Positions 14,305-27,860 of a stretch of DNA of 64,000 nucleotides are shown piece by piece. Below the pieces are notes generated by a model. It was not told the DNA's origin. It made no database searches and worked only from the letters and a program-made list of their open reading frames with translations. The stretch's first letter is position 1. Each line of letters opens with the position of its first letter. The DNA comes from Glaucostegus cemiculus (Eukaryota). The stretch spans positions 9,548,001 through 9,612,000 of the forward strand of contig CDPCPM010000050.1 in NCBI GenBank assembly GCA_976551045.1, read 5' to 3'. The translations under genes and the position numbers were made by a program.

Positions 14305-14615
14305 TTGCAACACAGAAAGAGGCCATCATCCCACTGGGTCTGTGCCAGCCCTCAGACTAATCCCATCAACCTATTCCCCCACTTTTCCCTGTAACCTATA
14401 CTCTCTCACAGGCTCATAAACTCCATTCTGATTGTCCTACCTCCAAATAAGACTAGGAGTAATTTATAGTGAACAATTAACCTACCAGAATTTCTGTGGG
14501 ATGTGGGAGGAAACCAGAACACCCGTGGAAACCCGTGAAGTCACACGAGAATATGCAAACATCATACAGAGAGCACCAGAGGTCAGGGTTGATTGAACCA
14601 GCACCACTATGTTGC
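14305..14615 (-). mobile_element. HE1/V-SINE-type SINE with CR1-like tail
   Basis: GGGATGTGGGAGGAAACCAGAACACCCGTGGAAACCC...GAGAATATGCAAAC...GAGGTCAGG is the antisense V-domain/tRNA head; CACAGAAAGAGGCCAT is the LINE-derived tail. Confidence 0.82.
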
Positions 14616-15260
14616 CATAACCATAACCAACTCTATCTCTGGCTGAGCCAGATTTGTGAAATCAATAACTTTCTCTTAAAATTTTTCCTTTGCCACAAAT
14701 CAATGCTGGAAATGCTCAGAGGTTGTGAATGTGAAATTGAAGTACTTGAAAGATGAAGTGTGAATTATTTACTTTGTTTTATCACTGGAACTGTAAGAAG
14801 CAAATATTAATGTTAGAGACTGACAAGCAAAACTTCCCATTGTGTAACAAGAAAGGGATTGAATGAAGACAGGAAACATAAACTGAAAATAGAAATTAAT
14901 CTAAAATGAACAAATGGAATTAGTTAGATATCACTGTTATAATATTGAACAAATCTGTTTGACTGCCTATGCAACCGAATCTGAGCAAATTAGTAACATT
15001 AACAATGACAGTATGAGTGACTGTTCTGATCGTAATTACTTTCTGCTACTCATGGGTTCTGCTGACAGTGCATTACTTCATCTTTCCAAAGTTTAAAAAT
15101 GTATGTAAACCCAAAATATTTATCTGGTGATAAAAAGTATTAGTATTTGAGCTGAAACAAATTCATTTGTAGGCAACAATGGGCAAAATGGTTCCTAAAT
15201 TTACTGCCATTCATTCCAATACTGATGGTGAACAGACTGAATAAACTGATCATTGTAATA

Positions 15261-15370
15261 TAAAGCAGAAAACATTTGAAAGAGTCAGCAGGTCAAGCAG
15301 CATCTGTGGAGAGAGAAACAAAGTTAATGGTTCAAATCGAAGATTCTTAATCAGAATAGGGAAAGTGAAA
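15261..15370 (-). mobile_element. Penelope-like pLTR fragment
   Basis: CAGCAGGTCAAGCAGCATCTGTGGAGAGAGAAACA, related to the left arm at 9211-9240. Confidence 0.7.
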
Positions 15371-15869
15371 AAATGAGTTGAAATTCTACCCTTGGTTTTT
15401 TAGATCCAAGCCAGGTTATCAATCGAAGTGGATTCCAAACTGATTGATGTGTTGGAAGGAGTGTCATCAGAAACTGAGAGTATTTAAACTGCCAAAGGGA
15501 AGTATCAAGAACAATCTCTTTTAAGTATTCAAGATCCTGAAGAATGTAGATGAGAAAAACTGCAAGACATTTGATCTGGCCGTAGAATCAATCACTTTGG
15601 GTGAAGTCCTTATTTAAATCTGAAAAGCCATGTGCAAAATTAGCACCCGAAAACATGAGATATGCCACTGGAGTTACAATGTTTTCCTTCATCAGTTACC
15701 TGATTTTTTAAGTATATTTCAGTTTCCCTACATTTGATATGTAGAGATAAATCACATACAAAATACAGTAGTGTCTCTGCATATATTTTTCCAATTAGTT
15801 TAATGAAAAAAAATATTCTGGAACTGGTATTCAACATGTTGCAGAAGGATGAGAAGCTATGTGTGGTTA

Positions 15870-16270
15870 GCTTTATGAAACCATTAGTGCAGTGTGTGGC
15901 AATGGTGAAGTGAGCTAGTAGGATGTTGGGCTGTATAACCAGAGGATTCAAGCACAAATTTCAAGAAGTGATTGTAAATTTTAGTGACTTGAGTTGTAAG
16001 AAGTGGCAACAGAAGCTGGAGAAAATATTTATAACAGATGATCTTAATGAAATATCCAAAATTCTGAACAGTGTAGACAAAATAAACATTGATATGTTTG
16101 ATGATATCACATGTGATGAAGTAAGGCTCAGCTTCAAACTTACATGGAGATTGCTTATGCAGGTTAGATGTAATTACTTAATGTGGAAAATGGTGAATAT
16201 ATAGCATGGATACCATGACTACAATGGATGCAGTGATTAAACAGGCAAGTTCAAGGTAGTTGGAGAATGA
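15870..16270 (+). mobile_element. Old CR1-type LINE ORF2 C-terminal remnant
   Basis: RMLGCITRGFKHKFQEVI (cf. RMLGCIxRGIEYKSxEVI) and DLNEISKILNSVDKIN (cf. GDLIEVFKILxGxDKV). Confidence 0.72.
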
Positions 16271-16624
16271 CCTGGAGGAAACTTCATTCTGGTACAAGAG
16301 ATATCATAAGATATGGTATTTCCCAGAAACTTCTACTGTATCTGCTACAATAACTCAGTGGTCATTGCTAACTACTATCTTCTTATGTTAAATCCTGAAA
16401 ATGTAAATCATTGTTATTTTACCCTAACCTACTCATTGGGAAACTGACAGTTTCTGATCAATGACCCTTCTGACCCTTGATAAATTTTACATTTTTTGAA
16501 GGTTTTTTTGTAGATTTGAAGGTATGATTGCAGACATTATGATGGATCAGGAGCATGAAAGTTACCTGAACAGCGCACTGCAAAAGACGCACCTTAGATG
16601 AGGTAGCTTTTAGTTTAGTAGTGG

Positions 16625-17290
16625 TCAAGGAAAGAAAGTTTTGAGCACAGCTCAAGCAGACTTGGAAATCTGAGATGTTGTGATGAAGGTGGGAGTGTTT
16701 CCATGGGCCAGGTGTCCTTGGTAGCTGGGGTCATAGTTTTGCCAAATGCTGTTGCAATAGCCTAGGCAAGTGACAGCAGAGCATTTCTCACTGGAGGATG
16801 GAGTGAATGTTTAAGGTGGTGGACAGAGTTTCAATAAAGCAGGTTGCTATGTTCCGGATGGTGTTTCACGGATCCAACTAAATGGAGTTTAGTCCCATTC
16901 CTGACCTCTACCGTGTCGTTGGNNNNNNNNNNNNNNNNNNNNNNNNNNNNNNNNNNNNNNNNNNNNNNNNNNNNNNNNNNNNNNNNNNNNNNNNNNNNNN
17001 NNNNNNNNNNNNNNNNNNNNNNNNNNNNNNNNNNNNNNNNNNNNNNNNNNNNNNTTTGATTTTCCAGTTATCAGCCCATGCATCAATACCCTCTAAGTCC
17101 TGTTGCATGTGGGCAGGAACTGCTTCACTTTCTAAAAGTTGTCAATGGAATGAACGTTGAGCAATCATCAATAAATATACCCCACTCTAACCTTATGATG
17201 GAAGAATAGTCATTGATGAGCAGCTCAAGGACCTTGCCTCAAAGAACTTCAGATGAATGTCCAGTGGCCCAGCCAATGACCCAGAGTTTG
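16625..17290 (-). mobile_element. CR1/L2-group LINE RT remnant spanning the gap
   Basis: Minus-strand MQQDLEGIDAWADNW (cf. QQDLDxIxAWADKW), decayed INDL..FADD region at ~17160-17220, and GGAGTGAATGTTTAAGGTGGTGGA signature left of the gap. Confidence 0.75.
16923..17054. other. Assembly gap (132 N)
   Basis: Run of N inside a LINE fragment. Confidence 0.99.
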
Positions 17291-18220
17291 CAGTCATATC
17301 AACCACTGAAAACTGTATGAAGTTCAAACTTACCTAATGTGGGAACTTGAAATGTGGAACCTGCTCAAACTCTTATAGTAAGGCCCCGCATGTCAATAGG
17401 GTCTTTTACATAATAAAGAGATTCCGCAGGGAAGTCAGGGTGGTGTGCAGAATGAGGCCTGTCCAAGAAACATGTCGGAAAATCTTTGACACCCGGTTTA
17501 GCCACACTGCCTTGATTAGCTGTTTCTGATATTCCCACATTCATTAACATCTAAAATATCCAAAAACTATAACAATCAAAACTATTAACTTTTATATTAC
17601 ATTAAGCTTTTAATTTAAAAAAATATTAGAAAATTTAAAAATGCTTTAGAAATCTGTCTCACAGCCAGTCCCCTCCATTAAAATCAATGGAGGAGTTCAT
17701 ATGCTGGACCCAACCTGCCACAGATGTTCATGTGGATTCACCACCATAAGTCATGGGTACTTGCAGCAGCTTTGGGGTCCTCCTCTGGATTGCTTTGAGT
17801 AAAGGTCAAACTCCTGATAGAAATGAAATTAGAGCAACTTTTGCAGAAATCCTGGGTTAACTGCAGTTTCTACACAAGCTGAAACTGGTTAACATCGACG
17901 TTACAGCTGCAGTGTTAATGCATCCTGGGAATAGCCATCACAGCTGAGGGCTCTTTTCCATTCACTTTCCTTCGTTAATCTAATTCTTGACAAATAAATG
18001 TTAACAGTGGGCCAATGTTCCAGGATATGAAAATAAGTCACTACATTATGGTATTTAAAGATCTAATCACTTAAATTTCTACAATTATGTTCTTTTCATA
18101 GCAGTCTTGCATCCTCTTAACAAATCATACCAAACTACAGCCTCAAAATAGTGCTGTGTGGGAGTTTCGAGCCAGATTTGTTCAAAACCTGTGGAGAAAA
18201 ATGCTCTTCTGCATAAGGAC

Positions 18221-18756
18221 AAGGGGTGAAAGTAAATTAAATTTCTTACTGATTTGATGGCATTACTAACATTATTGATTTAACCCATTTGTATTGACTG
18301 CATCATCCACTTTCTTACCTGTATACCATGCATGTTAGCACTGGCTTACAACCACCACTGCATGAGGCTCAAGGCCATTAGGAGTGGGAGAGAGCTGGGA
18401 GAGGATTGAAATGGGGTGGGGATGATCAGGCTGGAGTGAGACAGGGCATCTGTGGATTGGTCAGAGATAGAACGTGTCCGGGGTTGCTTGGAGGGGGATC
18501 AGCTCACACATAAGGGGATCTCAGGTTTTGGTAGGGTCTAGGGCAATCAGTCTGAATAGTAGCTGGATAGTCATAGAGTCACCCTACCCAACTATCTCCC
18601 ACTCCTAACACTCCTCATGCAGCTGTGGTTGTAATCTAGTGCTGACAGGCATGGTGTACCGAGAAGAAAATGGCTGATGCATTCAGTGCAAATGGGTTAA
18701 GTCAGCAATGTTAGTGATGCTAAATCAGTAAGAAATTTAAATTACTTTCACCCCTA
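18221..18756. mobile_element. Non-autonomous DNA transposon (MITE) with long terminal inverted repeats, hAT-like ends
   Basis: 18223-18367 is roughly 85% identical (hand alignment) to the reverse complement of 18613-18754, with an inner match 18378-18405 / 18581-18608; termini AGGGGTGAAAGT...ACTTTCACCCCT. Confidence 0.85.
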
Positions 18757-18762
18757 GTAAAG

Positions 18763-18935
18763 GAGTCATAGAGTTATCCAGCATTGAAACAGGATCTTCA
18801 GCCCACTGTGTCTCTGCCGACTACCAAGCGCCCATCTGTATTAGTTCCATTTACCACCACGTGGTCCATAGACTTCTATTCATTGGTAATTCAAGTGCTA
18901 TCTGTTCTGAAAGTCTGTCTCCAGCACCCCCTTAG
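18763..18935 (-). mobile_element. CR1-type LINE 3' terminal fragment
   Basis: GAGTCATAGAGTTATCCAGCATTGAAACAGG...AGCCCACTGTGTC, same terminus as 37706. Confidence 0.75.
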
Positions 18936-20629
18936 GAATTAACAATCCTGATGCCATCAGTAATGAGTGGAAACTGAATGTGAACACTATGAAAAGCACC
19001 CAAAGGAAGAACTGCCTGGAAGGTGATGGGCTCCCAAGCTACAGGTCCTTGTTAATATTGGAAAAGCAAGCTTCAGCTCCCTAGTTAAGGCCAGCTTTGG
19101 TGTATTTGGCCTGTGTCATCTGCAGGCTTTGAATGCACAGAAAGAGTTTTGTGCGTGTGATGGCTAAATGTGGTTTGTACACCATTTGCAGTGGGTATGC
19201 ATGCCTGACAGCCTCTACACCTGCGTCATATGCACAGTGAACCCAGAACAAACTTCCAGTCATGTTCTATCCATGCCTTGAGGACTGAATTATGTTCAGT
19301 GGTTGGGATTTTGATCAAATTTGAGCTTTGTTGCACATAAAATTGTTGTGCTATACAATAGAATTTCTAGTCACCTGTGTTTGCCATGATTACAATGCAT
19401 GTTTGCTGTAAGTAAAACATGAGTTGCCAGTTTTGACCACTAAAAAGTTAGAAAAAAATCCCTGAAAGCCTACCTGCACTTTAGTCTTTCTTTGTTTTAA
19501 TCAATGTTGAAACCTGGTGCCAGCAATAAATGTTGACCATACACAATGTACATTTTCATTTACTTTATTTCAATAAGGTGGTTTTTGGCTTTCAAATCTT
19601 CATATAGACCACTGGCCGATCTCATTTGCTTATGGTCAGCAGTGAATAAGGCAGAATAAGTGAAACTGTGGGTGGAACAGGAACAACAAACAAAAGAAGT
19701 TCACAATTACATGAAAGTGAATGAATTTTGTTTTAAAATAAATATTTAAGTTAAAGTCTGAAAGAATCTGTCATTATTGCTGGCCTTTTTAATTTTCTTG
19801 TGCTTTATGGGGACTGAAAGATGATGAATCTTCTGAGTCATGGTATTCCAAAACATCCTGAATTTTCCTGAACACTTGTAGAATGCGATAGAACTCCCTC
19901 AAACGAACCAACATAAAATTCAAAAAATCTAAGTCCACTGTACATTTGATCCAACATAATGTCAACCTTTATTCATAATGGAATCTTGCTATGAAAAAGA
20001 CAGGCAGAAAATAATTAGCATTGAATCTGTTCCATTCAGTCTTGCTGCAAGCAGGCAAAGTGCGCCTCAATATGCCCCAGCTCCCTGCAGCCCTGTAATT
20101 CTCCAATGTGGAAGAGCCAACAAAAAGTCTTTAATGATTTTAAAAGAAAATTCTTAAAGTGGTCAAAAACAAGTTCCAGGAAGTAAAAGTGACAATGAAA
20201 TATATCCCTGAAAACTCATCATACTTTTGTGTGCACCACTCTCAGCCACTTCTAGCAACATATGCAGCCTCCTTTAAATATTTGCAGTGAGCTGCACTCA
20301 GTGCATGAACTGACAATGGTCAATGATTCTAGGTGAAAAGAGAAACCTCTTGACACTTAACCTAGATCCATGCTTCTGTAACTTAAAACATAAATATTGT
20401 ATTCACACAGCATATTATTTATATTAGATATCTGCAGCATTACGTCTGAATTTGATCAAATCAAAACTGCACAAACCACAGAGACTATAATAAAATAATT
20501 TAACTCAAAAAGGTCATCTTCAGCAAGTGATAATTTTGTAGGCTTTCCCATTAAATTTCTCTGATGATATATGAAAAGTTATGGATGAAAAATTACCATC
20601 CGAAACATCAAAGCTTATCCTTCTGGTAC

Positions 20630-21050
20630 TTTACTGTCACTCCAATATCATCTAGTTTCAATCTGTAGTCACAGAATGGGTCTCCCCTTTACTGGGGAGA
20701 CCACAGATTAGTCACCACAAAGCCAAACATCCTCATTCACTCCATTAGTGACTCTGAGCACCTGGGCCCTGCCAATTTACCATGACTATCACTCTGGCCT
20801 CTCCATCTTTACCCTCCTGCACGATTCCAAAGGAACTCAAAGCATCTTGAGGAAAGCCATTTCAATTTTTGATCAGGCACACCACAGCTTTTCAGACTCA
20901 ACACAGATGTTCAACAATTTCTGATGATGATCTTGCTGCTCCAATTTGCACCTCCACTGGTTCCAGAGTTTGTTTCTCTACTTGAACCATCATATCCACT
21001 TTTGCCCTGCATCATATTATCTGTTGTCATTGAACTGCTGCTTCACTTGT
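20630..21050 (+). mobile_element. Penelope-like element GIY-YIG endonuclease/3' remnant
   Basis: GGTCTCCCCTTTACTGGGGAGACC (GLPFTGET, cf. GLLYIGET) and downstream CTTGAGGAAAGCCAT...CTCAACACAGATGTTCAACAATTTC (cf. LEEQHL...LNIEFNNF). Confidence 0.62.
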
Positions 21051-21624
21051 TCAGAACCCGTGAAATACCAGCCCTTTCCAAAAATATCTGATGATGTCAT
21101 GAGCTGATCCTTTCAGAAATCTGGGCTATCCAAGGGATTCCCAGGGGGTACTAGTAACTCTGGGGCGACTAGTGTATTGAGTCTATAAGTATTTCTCTGT
21201 ACTTTTTTGTTAATATACTAACTAAATTACTTAAAAATATTCTTCTTCTTCTTCTTCCTCTTGCAGCCACTCTAGATTTGCGGGTTCTAAAGTGAATGAT
21301 GAGGCCAATGCAGGAAGCAAAGACTCCTCCACAGATGGGCCTGGAGGTCCCTTGCAGGTGAGCTGGTAGGTAAATTGTGAGGTGATGCACTCTTTTTGCC
21401 ACTCAACTGGCTTTCTGTATGCTCCAGTGCATGGCCTTGATTCCAAATTCTCCTTCACAACTTTGAGTGATCACAGGCCAGTGATTCCTAGGATCAGTGA
21501 AAATGTTGCTTTTACTCGAGGTGGTTTTAGAGCATGCAATTGAATCTTACCTCCATCTACCTGGCAGTCTCTTCCATTACTGAGCTCTCTCAATAATATT
21601 GAAGCCTAGTATTCTTTGGCAACA

Positions 21625-21680
21625 CCCCCCCACCCCCCACCTCAACTCACCTCACCTACCTCACCTCACCCACCAACCCT
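21625..21680. repeat. C-rich low-complexity/(CTCAC)n tract
   Basis: Directly visible. Confidence 0.7.
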
Positions 21681-24600
21681 GTCTATGAACCATTATCTTA
21701 GATAGTTGTCAGTGGGTCAATGACTGTTTCAGGCTCTGTGCACTACATTAGGACCGAGGTGGAGGAGAGAGGGCCAGCTGTCATAAGTCTAATCAGGGAC
21801 TTAAAACAGTGATCTGTTAAATCGCTAAGGAGGTGGGATCAGGACATATTTAAAACCAGGTCCTCCAAGGATCTCAAAGTGGGAGTTTGAGGGTAACTGG
21901 GCCAAGTGCAGGTTACAGGGTTGGGGTCTGGACCAAATAGATATTTGAGGTCATTGGGGCTTGGGGCCTTGGGGACTCTGAGAGTGCCTAGTGTCAGTGT
22001 ATGAAGGGGTTTGGTGATGGTCAGTACTGCTTGGGGAAGAGCAAAGAGGGTTTTGATTCCCAAAGTTTAAAAACTAAGTATAGGACTAAGTGGGATCCCA
22101 ATATACTGTGAAGACTTTATTGTTCCTGTTGTCCCAATGACCATCACTCCCAGGATAATTTTGTTCAATCTCCTTGCACGTTTCCAAAAGGAGAGTTGCA
22201 CAGATAATGCCATGGAAACCACCCCCACTGTGCAAGCATAACACATTCCAGGAAGTGCCTGATTGAACTTTGGGAGTAACACCAAATGATTGGCAATTGC
22301 CCCTTAATGTGTTTCACTCCCTGATAAGTACATCTTCAGTGGTGTGGCATGGACATAAACAGCACTACTCAATCTCATTTCCAGGCACTCATGTTTTATG
22401 TATTTAGGGTATCAAATGACTTACAATTAAACTCATGTTTATAAACAATCTTGCAATATGTGTTTTAGCTTGATGTTTGAACACCCTAAACTGTGAACAT
22501 TGATGAAATATCTGAATCAAAGTTAAATATAGTGCAGTTTACTAAGGATACTATAAATGAAGAAATACTCTAAAATAAGATTTGAGTTTCCAATCCACTT
22601 CATAATATTCAATATTTGATATTTGCGTATAACCTTGACGTGGATCTTAATTTGATATTTAACATGCATTTTAAAGACTGAAAAGGACCTTCTCAATGAC
22701 TGCATCCATGTGCAAAAGATATACCTTAAATAAGTTTTGAGGAAAACATGCAAAAGAAATGCGAGAATGGTGAAACAGGATTGGAAGAATGGGATCCTGT
22801 ATTCTTCTCTGCCTCACTGATACTGTGGCATGAAGTTCACTTCCATCTGTCTCAGGAGAAAACACAGAAACTTCATGATTTTTTAATAAATTGTCATCTT
22901 TAGGCGTAAAGTTACAGGATGATTGCAAATGTTCTCTGTTCTGTAAATCTACCTGCCAAAATTTAACTGAGATTTAGCCAACAGATTCTGTCATTTTGGT
23001 AGAAAAATCCCTGTCTGTATCAGATGATCGGGTCAGTGTTCAGTCAGTAAGGTTATCAGAAGTAAGAGAACCATGCAGTCATGTAATGAAGTGGACATAT
23101 GTCTCCAACATACAATGGAAAAGTATTTCGATATATGTTTATTAGATTTGTTCTGTGCTCATTCCAGATTTAGGAATGTTTCAGGTTACAGCAGTATTAA
23201 TAGATTATTCATGTAAATTCATGTCAAGTTATCAATTTTTTAAATTGGCAACAAAGCTGTATTTTAAAATACAACATTTCTATATAATGTAAATAAAAAG
23301 AGCAGTTTTTCAATTACCTTAAGGTAGTGTAAATGGACACTAGAATGTCCATTCTTCCTCTCAGCGACTTCTGTTCTCCCCTTCACCATCAACCCACACC
23401 CCGCCTACCTCACTGCTGCTACCGACTCTTACTTTCGAAACGCCCATCTAATGCTGGTCTTTATTATGCTATCTTTCATTTTATTTACATAACCTTACAA
23501 TAAAGTTAAATGTGGTTAAGAATATTATGAAGAGTTTTCCAGGAACATTATTCCTGTCCAGGGCAATGTTTATAATAGTTTTTCTGGAATTTAAATTGAA
23601 GTACGGCTTTTATATTTATACCCTAGAGAATGACCATTGTTTTCAATTTGATGGGATGAAATACAATTGTTATGAATAAGTATCACCAAGTCAAGTATCA
23701 CTCAGCCAAATCTTATTCAAAGATTTTGCATACTTGGAGAGGGTTGGCTATTATCAATATCTGCAAACACTTGCATCTGAATCTGGTGTGCCATTTTAAA
23801 GTGCAATTGGACAAATTTATACAGTTATGTAACACTGAAAGTGGCAAAAATAAATTATTGCATTGTAATTTAATTATGATACAACTGTGTACTCAGAAGT
23901 TAAAGAAATAGCAAAACGTCTGAACAGAATTTGGCAAACTATCCCATTTATCTAAAGAGCAAGACTTGTGTTCCTCCAATTAATAGAAAGAGTTATTTTG
24001 ACAGCTGCAGTGGGTGTTTTTTGTTTGTGTACAACTAAACTTATTTTTCCTTAAAGCTGCTTCCCCTTACCTGAAAAATTATTATTAATTTCCAAATGTG
24101 GTACTCTAATATATGTACTAAAATTTGTGGTTCTACTTTAGTCATGATTCACATTCTAGACTTTCAGGAATCTGTGTAAGCATTTTCAATGATTGCTGAA
24201 TAGATGAATTGACTTGAAGTATGTTTACAATGAACATGATTTGTTGCATGATTCATTTTGGCTCCATTTGGCTTTGTTTCATGTTGTGTAAAACCATTGC
24301 GACATAGAACCTCTATTATACAATTTAAAGACATCAATAAAGCAGCATGCAAAGTATGCAAATATTTACAATTAATAAAACACATGACTGCTAGTACCAA
24401 TAATTTGCAGTGTATGCATCACAGCTCTTTGAGCAGTAATCCCTCTCAATTTTCATAATATGCACAATATTTATTTTCTTACATATAGCATCTGCAAACT
24501 TTTGAAACAAATTTTGTCTCAATATCTCAATATTATAAAGCAGTATTCTGTAGATCATAGAGATTTTTCCTGATTATTTTTAAAAATAAAGATCACCTTA

Positions 24601-27600
24601 TATTATTTATTGTACTGAAAAATACTAATGGACTCCTCAAGTTATTAAACTACCATCATTTTTATCTATTGACAGTGATAAAGTACTGGATATCAATAAT
24701 GCCAACATTTTCAAAATTAATCTAAAGAACTTTCTGACAAGGCCATCAGTAGAAATGTAGAACAGAAATATTAATACAGCAATCTTAAGTCCATGCAAGT
24801 GATATGTCTAAAGTAGGTAATATTTTAAAATAAGTAATTTTAAAACGTAAATTTTATTTTCTACGGCAGTTCGGAAAATGCTACACAAAAAGAGACTATT
24901 TAGCACTTATCGGTTAATTATTCGTCTATAGTTGTATTTTATTTAGTGGAATTAAACAACAGCCATTACTATCACTGCATGATGGATGATTAACCTCAGT
25001 TATTTCACATCTAATATAAAAATCTTTATTTTGCAAGGCAAAAACCTGCAAAAACCATAATGAAAAATGTAATTTCTATCCAAATAAAAAACTAGGAATG
25101 AAAATACAATATTTCATTAAAAATAATTGATTTTGAAAAAAGCATTTCAACATGCATTGCTACACTCAGGGAGAAAACAAACTGAAAAAAAAAATCTTGT
25201 TTTAATATTGTGCCTTTACTGTCAGGTGGCCTATCTTTAGATTAATTGTCAAATGGCAATAGCATCAGTAACAATTGAAGCAATATGCTGTGACTGATTA
25301 CTAGTTTTATTATAGCTGTTGTTGAAAATATTTCTGGATGAGCAATCACAAATCCATTTTGAGAGAGCTAGAATGTGTTGTTACAGATGTTTTTATTTAG
25401 CCTTATCAATATGTGTCACTTAAGAAAACTTGGTTGTAGCATCATGTCTCAGTTTAAAATAGCACCTGAAGGGAATTGAACAACCTAAAAATTATCATGA
25501 TAATACTTTCCTGAAATAAATTGCTATAATTTGTCAGAGTCTCATGTCTATAAACCAAATGCGATCCTTTAATCTAGTTAAGTCCATTTGTGACATTAAA
25601 CATCCATTTTTAGACTCTAGGAAAAAAAAAACGAATAGCTTTATATGATTTGGTTAAAGAATTTGCAACATGGTATAATTTGATTAAATGGCAGAAATGT
25701 TCACAATGCCGATATTAGGAATGCTTGCAGGAAGAGCATGATAGGCTCAGTGCAGAAATGCATTGTTAATTTTCCATGAATTTGTAAAATTTCATCAAGA
25801 AGCTGAAATATTACACACTGTATATTTGACCAAGTTCAAGGCTTTGATGAGCACACAACTATTCTTGTAGGTAATCTTTGCCTGATATTTATGCAGAGTG
25901 AATGGAAGGTGCAAAGACATTTTCATAGACATGTGCAATAATGTGATTGTTAGGAACAGGGAAACAGCTGAGCTATATAATATTTACTAGCAGAAAAAAA
26001 ATCCAAAGCTAGCAAAATAAGTTGTTACAGAAATAAGCACCATGGGAAAATAAGAATTCCATACAGTACAGGCCACTGATAATCAGGACAACAGACTTTT
26101 TTTTGTAGCTATCCCACTTTTGTAGAATATGTTAAAAGATTAAACAAATATATTTTCAGATGAGTATATGGATATCAGTATATTATAATGTTGGCATCTA
26201 TGCAAGCTCAGAATTTGGCAATAACCTAATGGCAAAAAGCAAAGGTCAGCACCATAATTATACAAAGTGTGTCTTTCTGAAATTAATTTCTGCTGTAAAG
26301 CTTAATATTATCATGACTTATGGGAAATACTTCAATTTAAAAAAAAATAAATTAAGAGATTGTTTTCATTTTAAAAGTAACCTTTCTTTTTTATAGATCT
26401 CCCTGTGCCATACATTATTCCTGTGCTGAGAAATTTGGCAGTTTATCTTCTCCAAGCATCTGCCAGTGCCACGGTGTAAATGCCTGCTAAGAAGTGCACG
26501 AAAGGAGGTTGGAGTGATTTTTCCTTTGATGTTATTCTCCTTGTTGAGGAAAATTGCCTAACCTCAATGCTGTTAGATTTAAAAATTGTTTGAAATAAAT
26601 ATTTACAGTTTCAAAATTGCCCTTTTAAAACTTCAAATATTTTGGGCTCAGAATAAACCAATAAATTATTACATGAAAGATTACCTGGACTACTTGTTAT
26701 TTATTTTGCCAATCACTTTTAGGAATGATTTGGTTCCAAAAAAAAACTAGGTACCACCTCTGTAAAAGACATTATCCATAAAGGTCTGGGAAGTTTAAAC
26801 CTATTACTTTCAGCTAATTCAATTTTCTTGTTTGGTTTAAATTGATTGGAATAAATGTTAAGGACAGTACTTAGCTTTTCCCTGGAGTCATCAAATATCA
26901 GGGAGTGTCCTCGTTAATATTTTGAATCGGAGAGATTCCCAGTGCTGAAGTGTTTCCTGCTGACATTTTTGGCTGAGCACCAGGTTATATAGTTGCCTGT
27001 TTATTTATTTACTTCATTTCCACACTATCATCTGTGATCCCAAATATCATTATTTATGTTCAATTTCAACGAATTGGGCATCATCTTTATTAAGTGATTT
27101 ATAGAATATAATTAAAGACATAAAATAGATGTAAAATTCTGATAAATGCTGGAATATCTCACAGCAATCATTTTGAATGGTTTAAAAGTGAAATAGAGCA
27201 AGATAAATGTGGAGTTAAAAGGAAAGATGCCCCTTGTTGACCTTCACATGGGAGACTTTCAGCCAATTTACTCTTTTAATGGATGACAACCATAATAGTG
27301 CAAACAAATAACAGCACATTTAATACTATTTTGGACTGTAATTAAATTTTGAAGGAGGACACTTTTTAATGAATTTATCAGATTATGACTGTGCATAGAT
27401 TTAAATTGGTGGCAAGATTACTTCCGTCTTTGGGGAAAAAAAAGAGGTGTAAACCTGCTGAGATAATAAAAAGTACAGCGTGCAGATAACCCAGGCCCCG
27501 GTGTTGTTGGTTCATGGCTGCACGATCCGCGCCAACCAGCGCCACCAGCGGGTCAGGGGCGCCACGGCAGCCGAGGCGGCCGGTGCCCGACGTTAGGCTT

Positions 27601-27671
27601 GGACACGCCCCCCTCCCTTCCCCTTTACCAACCCCTCTCCGCCGTCGGTGTTGGAAGGAGGGGGCGGTGTT

Positions 27672-27681
27672 GAGAGAGAGC

Positions 27682-27713
<32 letters not shown>

Positions 27714-27724
27714 GAGAGAGAGAG
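27672..27724. repeat. (GA)n microsatellite, interrupted by two GC units
   Basis: Directly visible. Confidence 0.95.
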
Positions 27725-27726
27725 GG

Positions 27727-27772
27727 GGGGGCGGGAAGGTGCGTCGGCCACGTGACGCGCGGGGAGCCAATC
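27727..27772 (+). promoter_or_regulatory. Proximal promoter motif cluster: GC box, E-box, CCAAT box
   Basis: GGGGGCGGG (Sp/KLF, 27727-27735), CCACGTGAC (USF/MiT-type E-box, CACGTG 27749-27754), AGCCAATC (NF-Y, CCAAT 27767-27771); second GC box at 27661. Confidence 0.7.
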
Positions 27773-27817
27773 GTCGGCGGGGAAAAGGCGAGCGCCTCCT
27801 CGCTGTCGCCATTACGC

Positions 27818-27860
27818 TGTGTGTGTGTGTGTATCTGAGAGAGTGAGTGAGAGAGTATGT

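Noticed and set aside
16844-17160. Four ORFs in the supplied track
   Set aside because: Artefacts of translating through the N gap within a LINE remnant.
27748-27771. ER-stress element (CCACG plus CCAAT)
   Set aside because: Order and spacing do not fit ERSE (CCAAT-N9-CCACG) or ERSE-II; better read as an E-box plus an NF-Y site.
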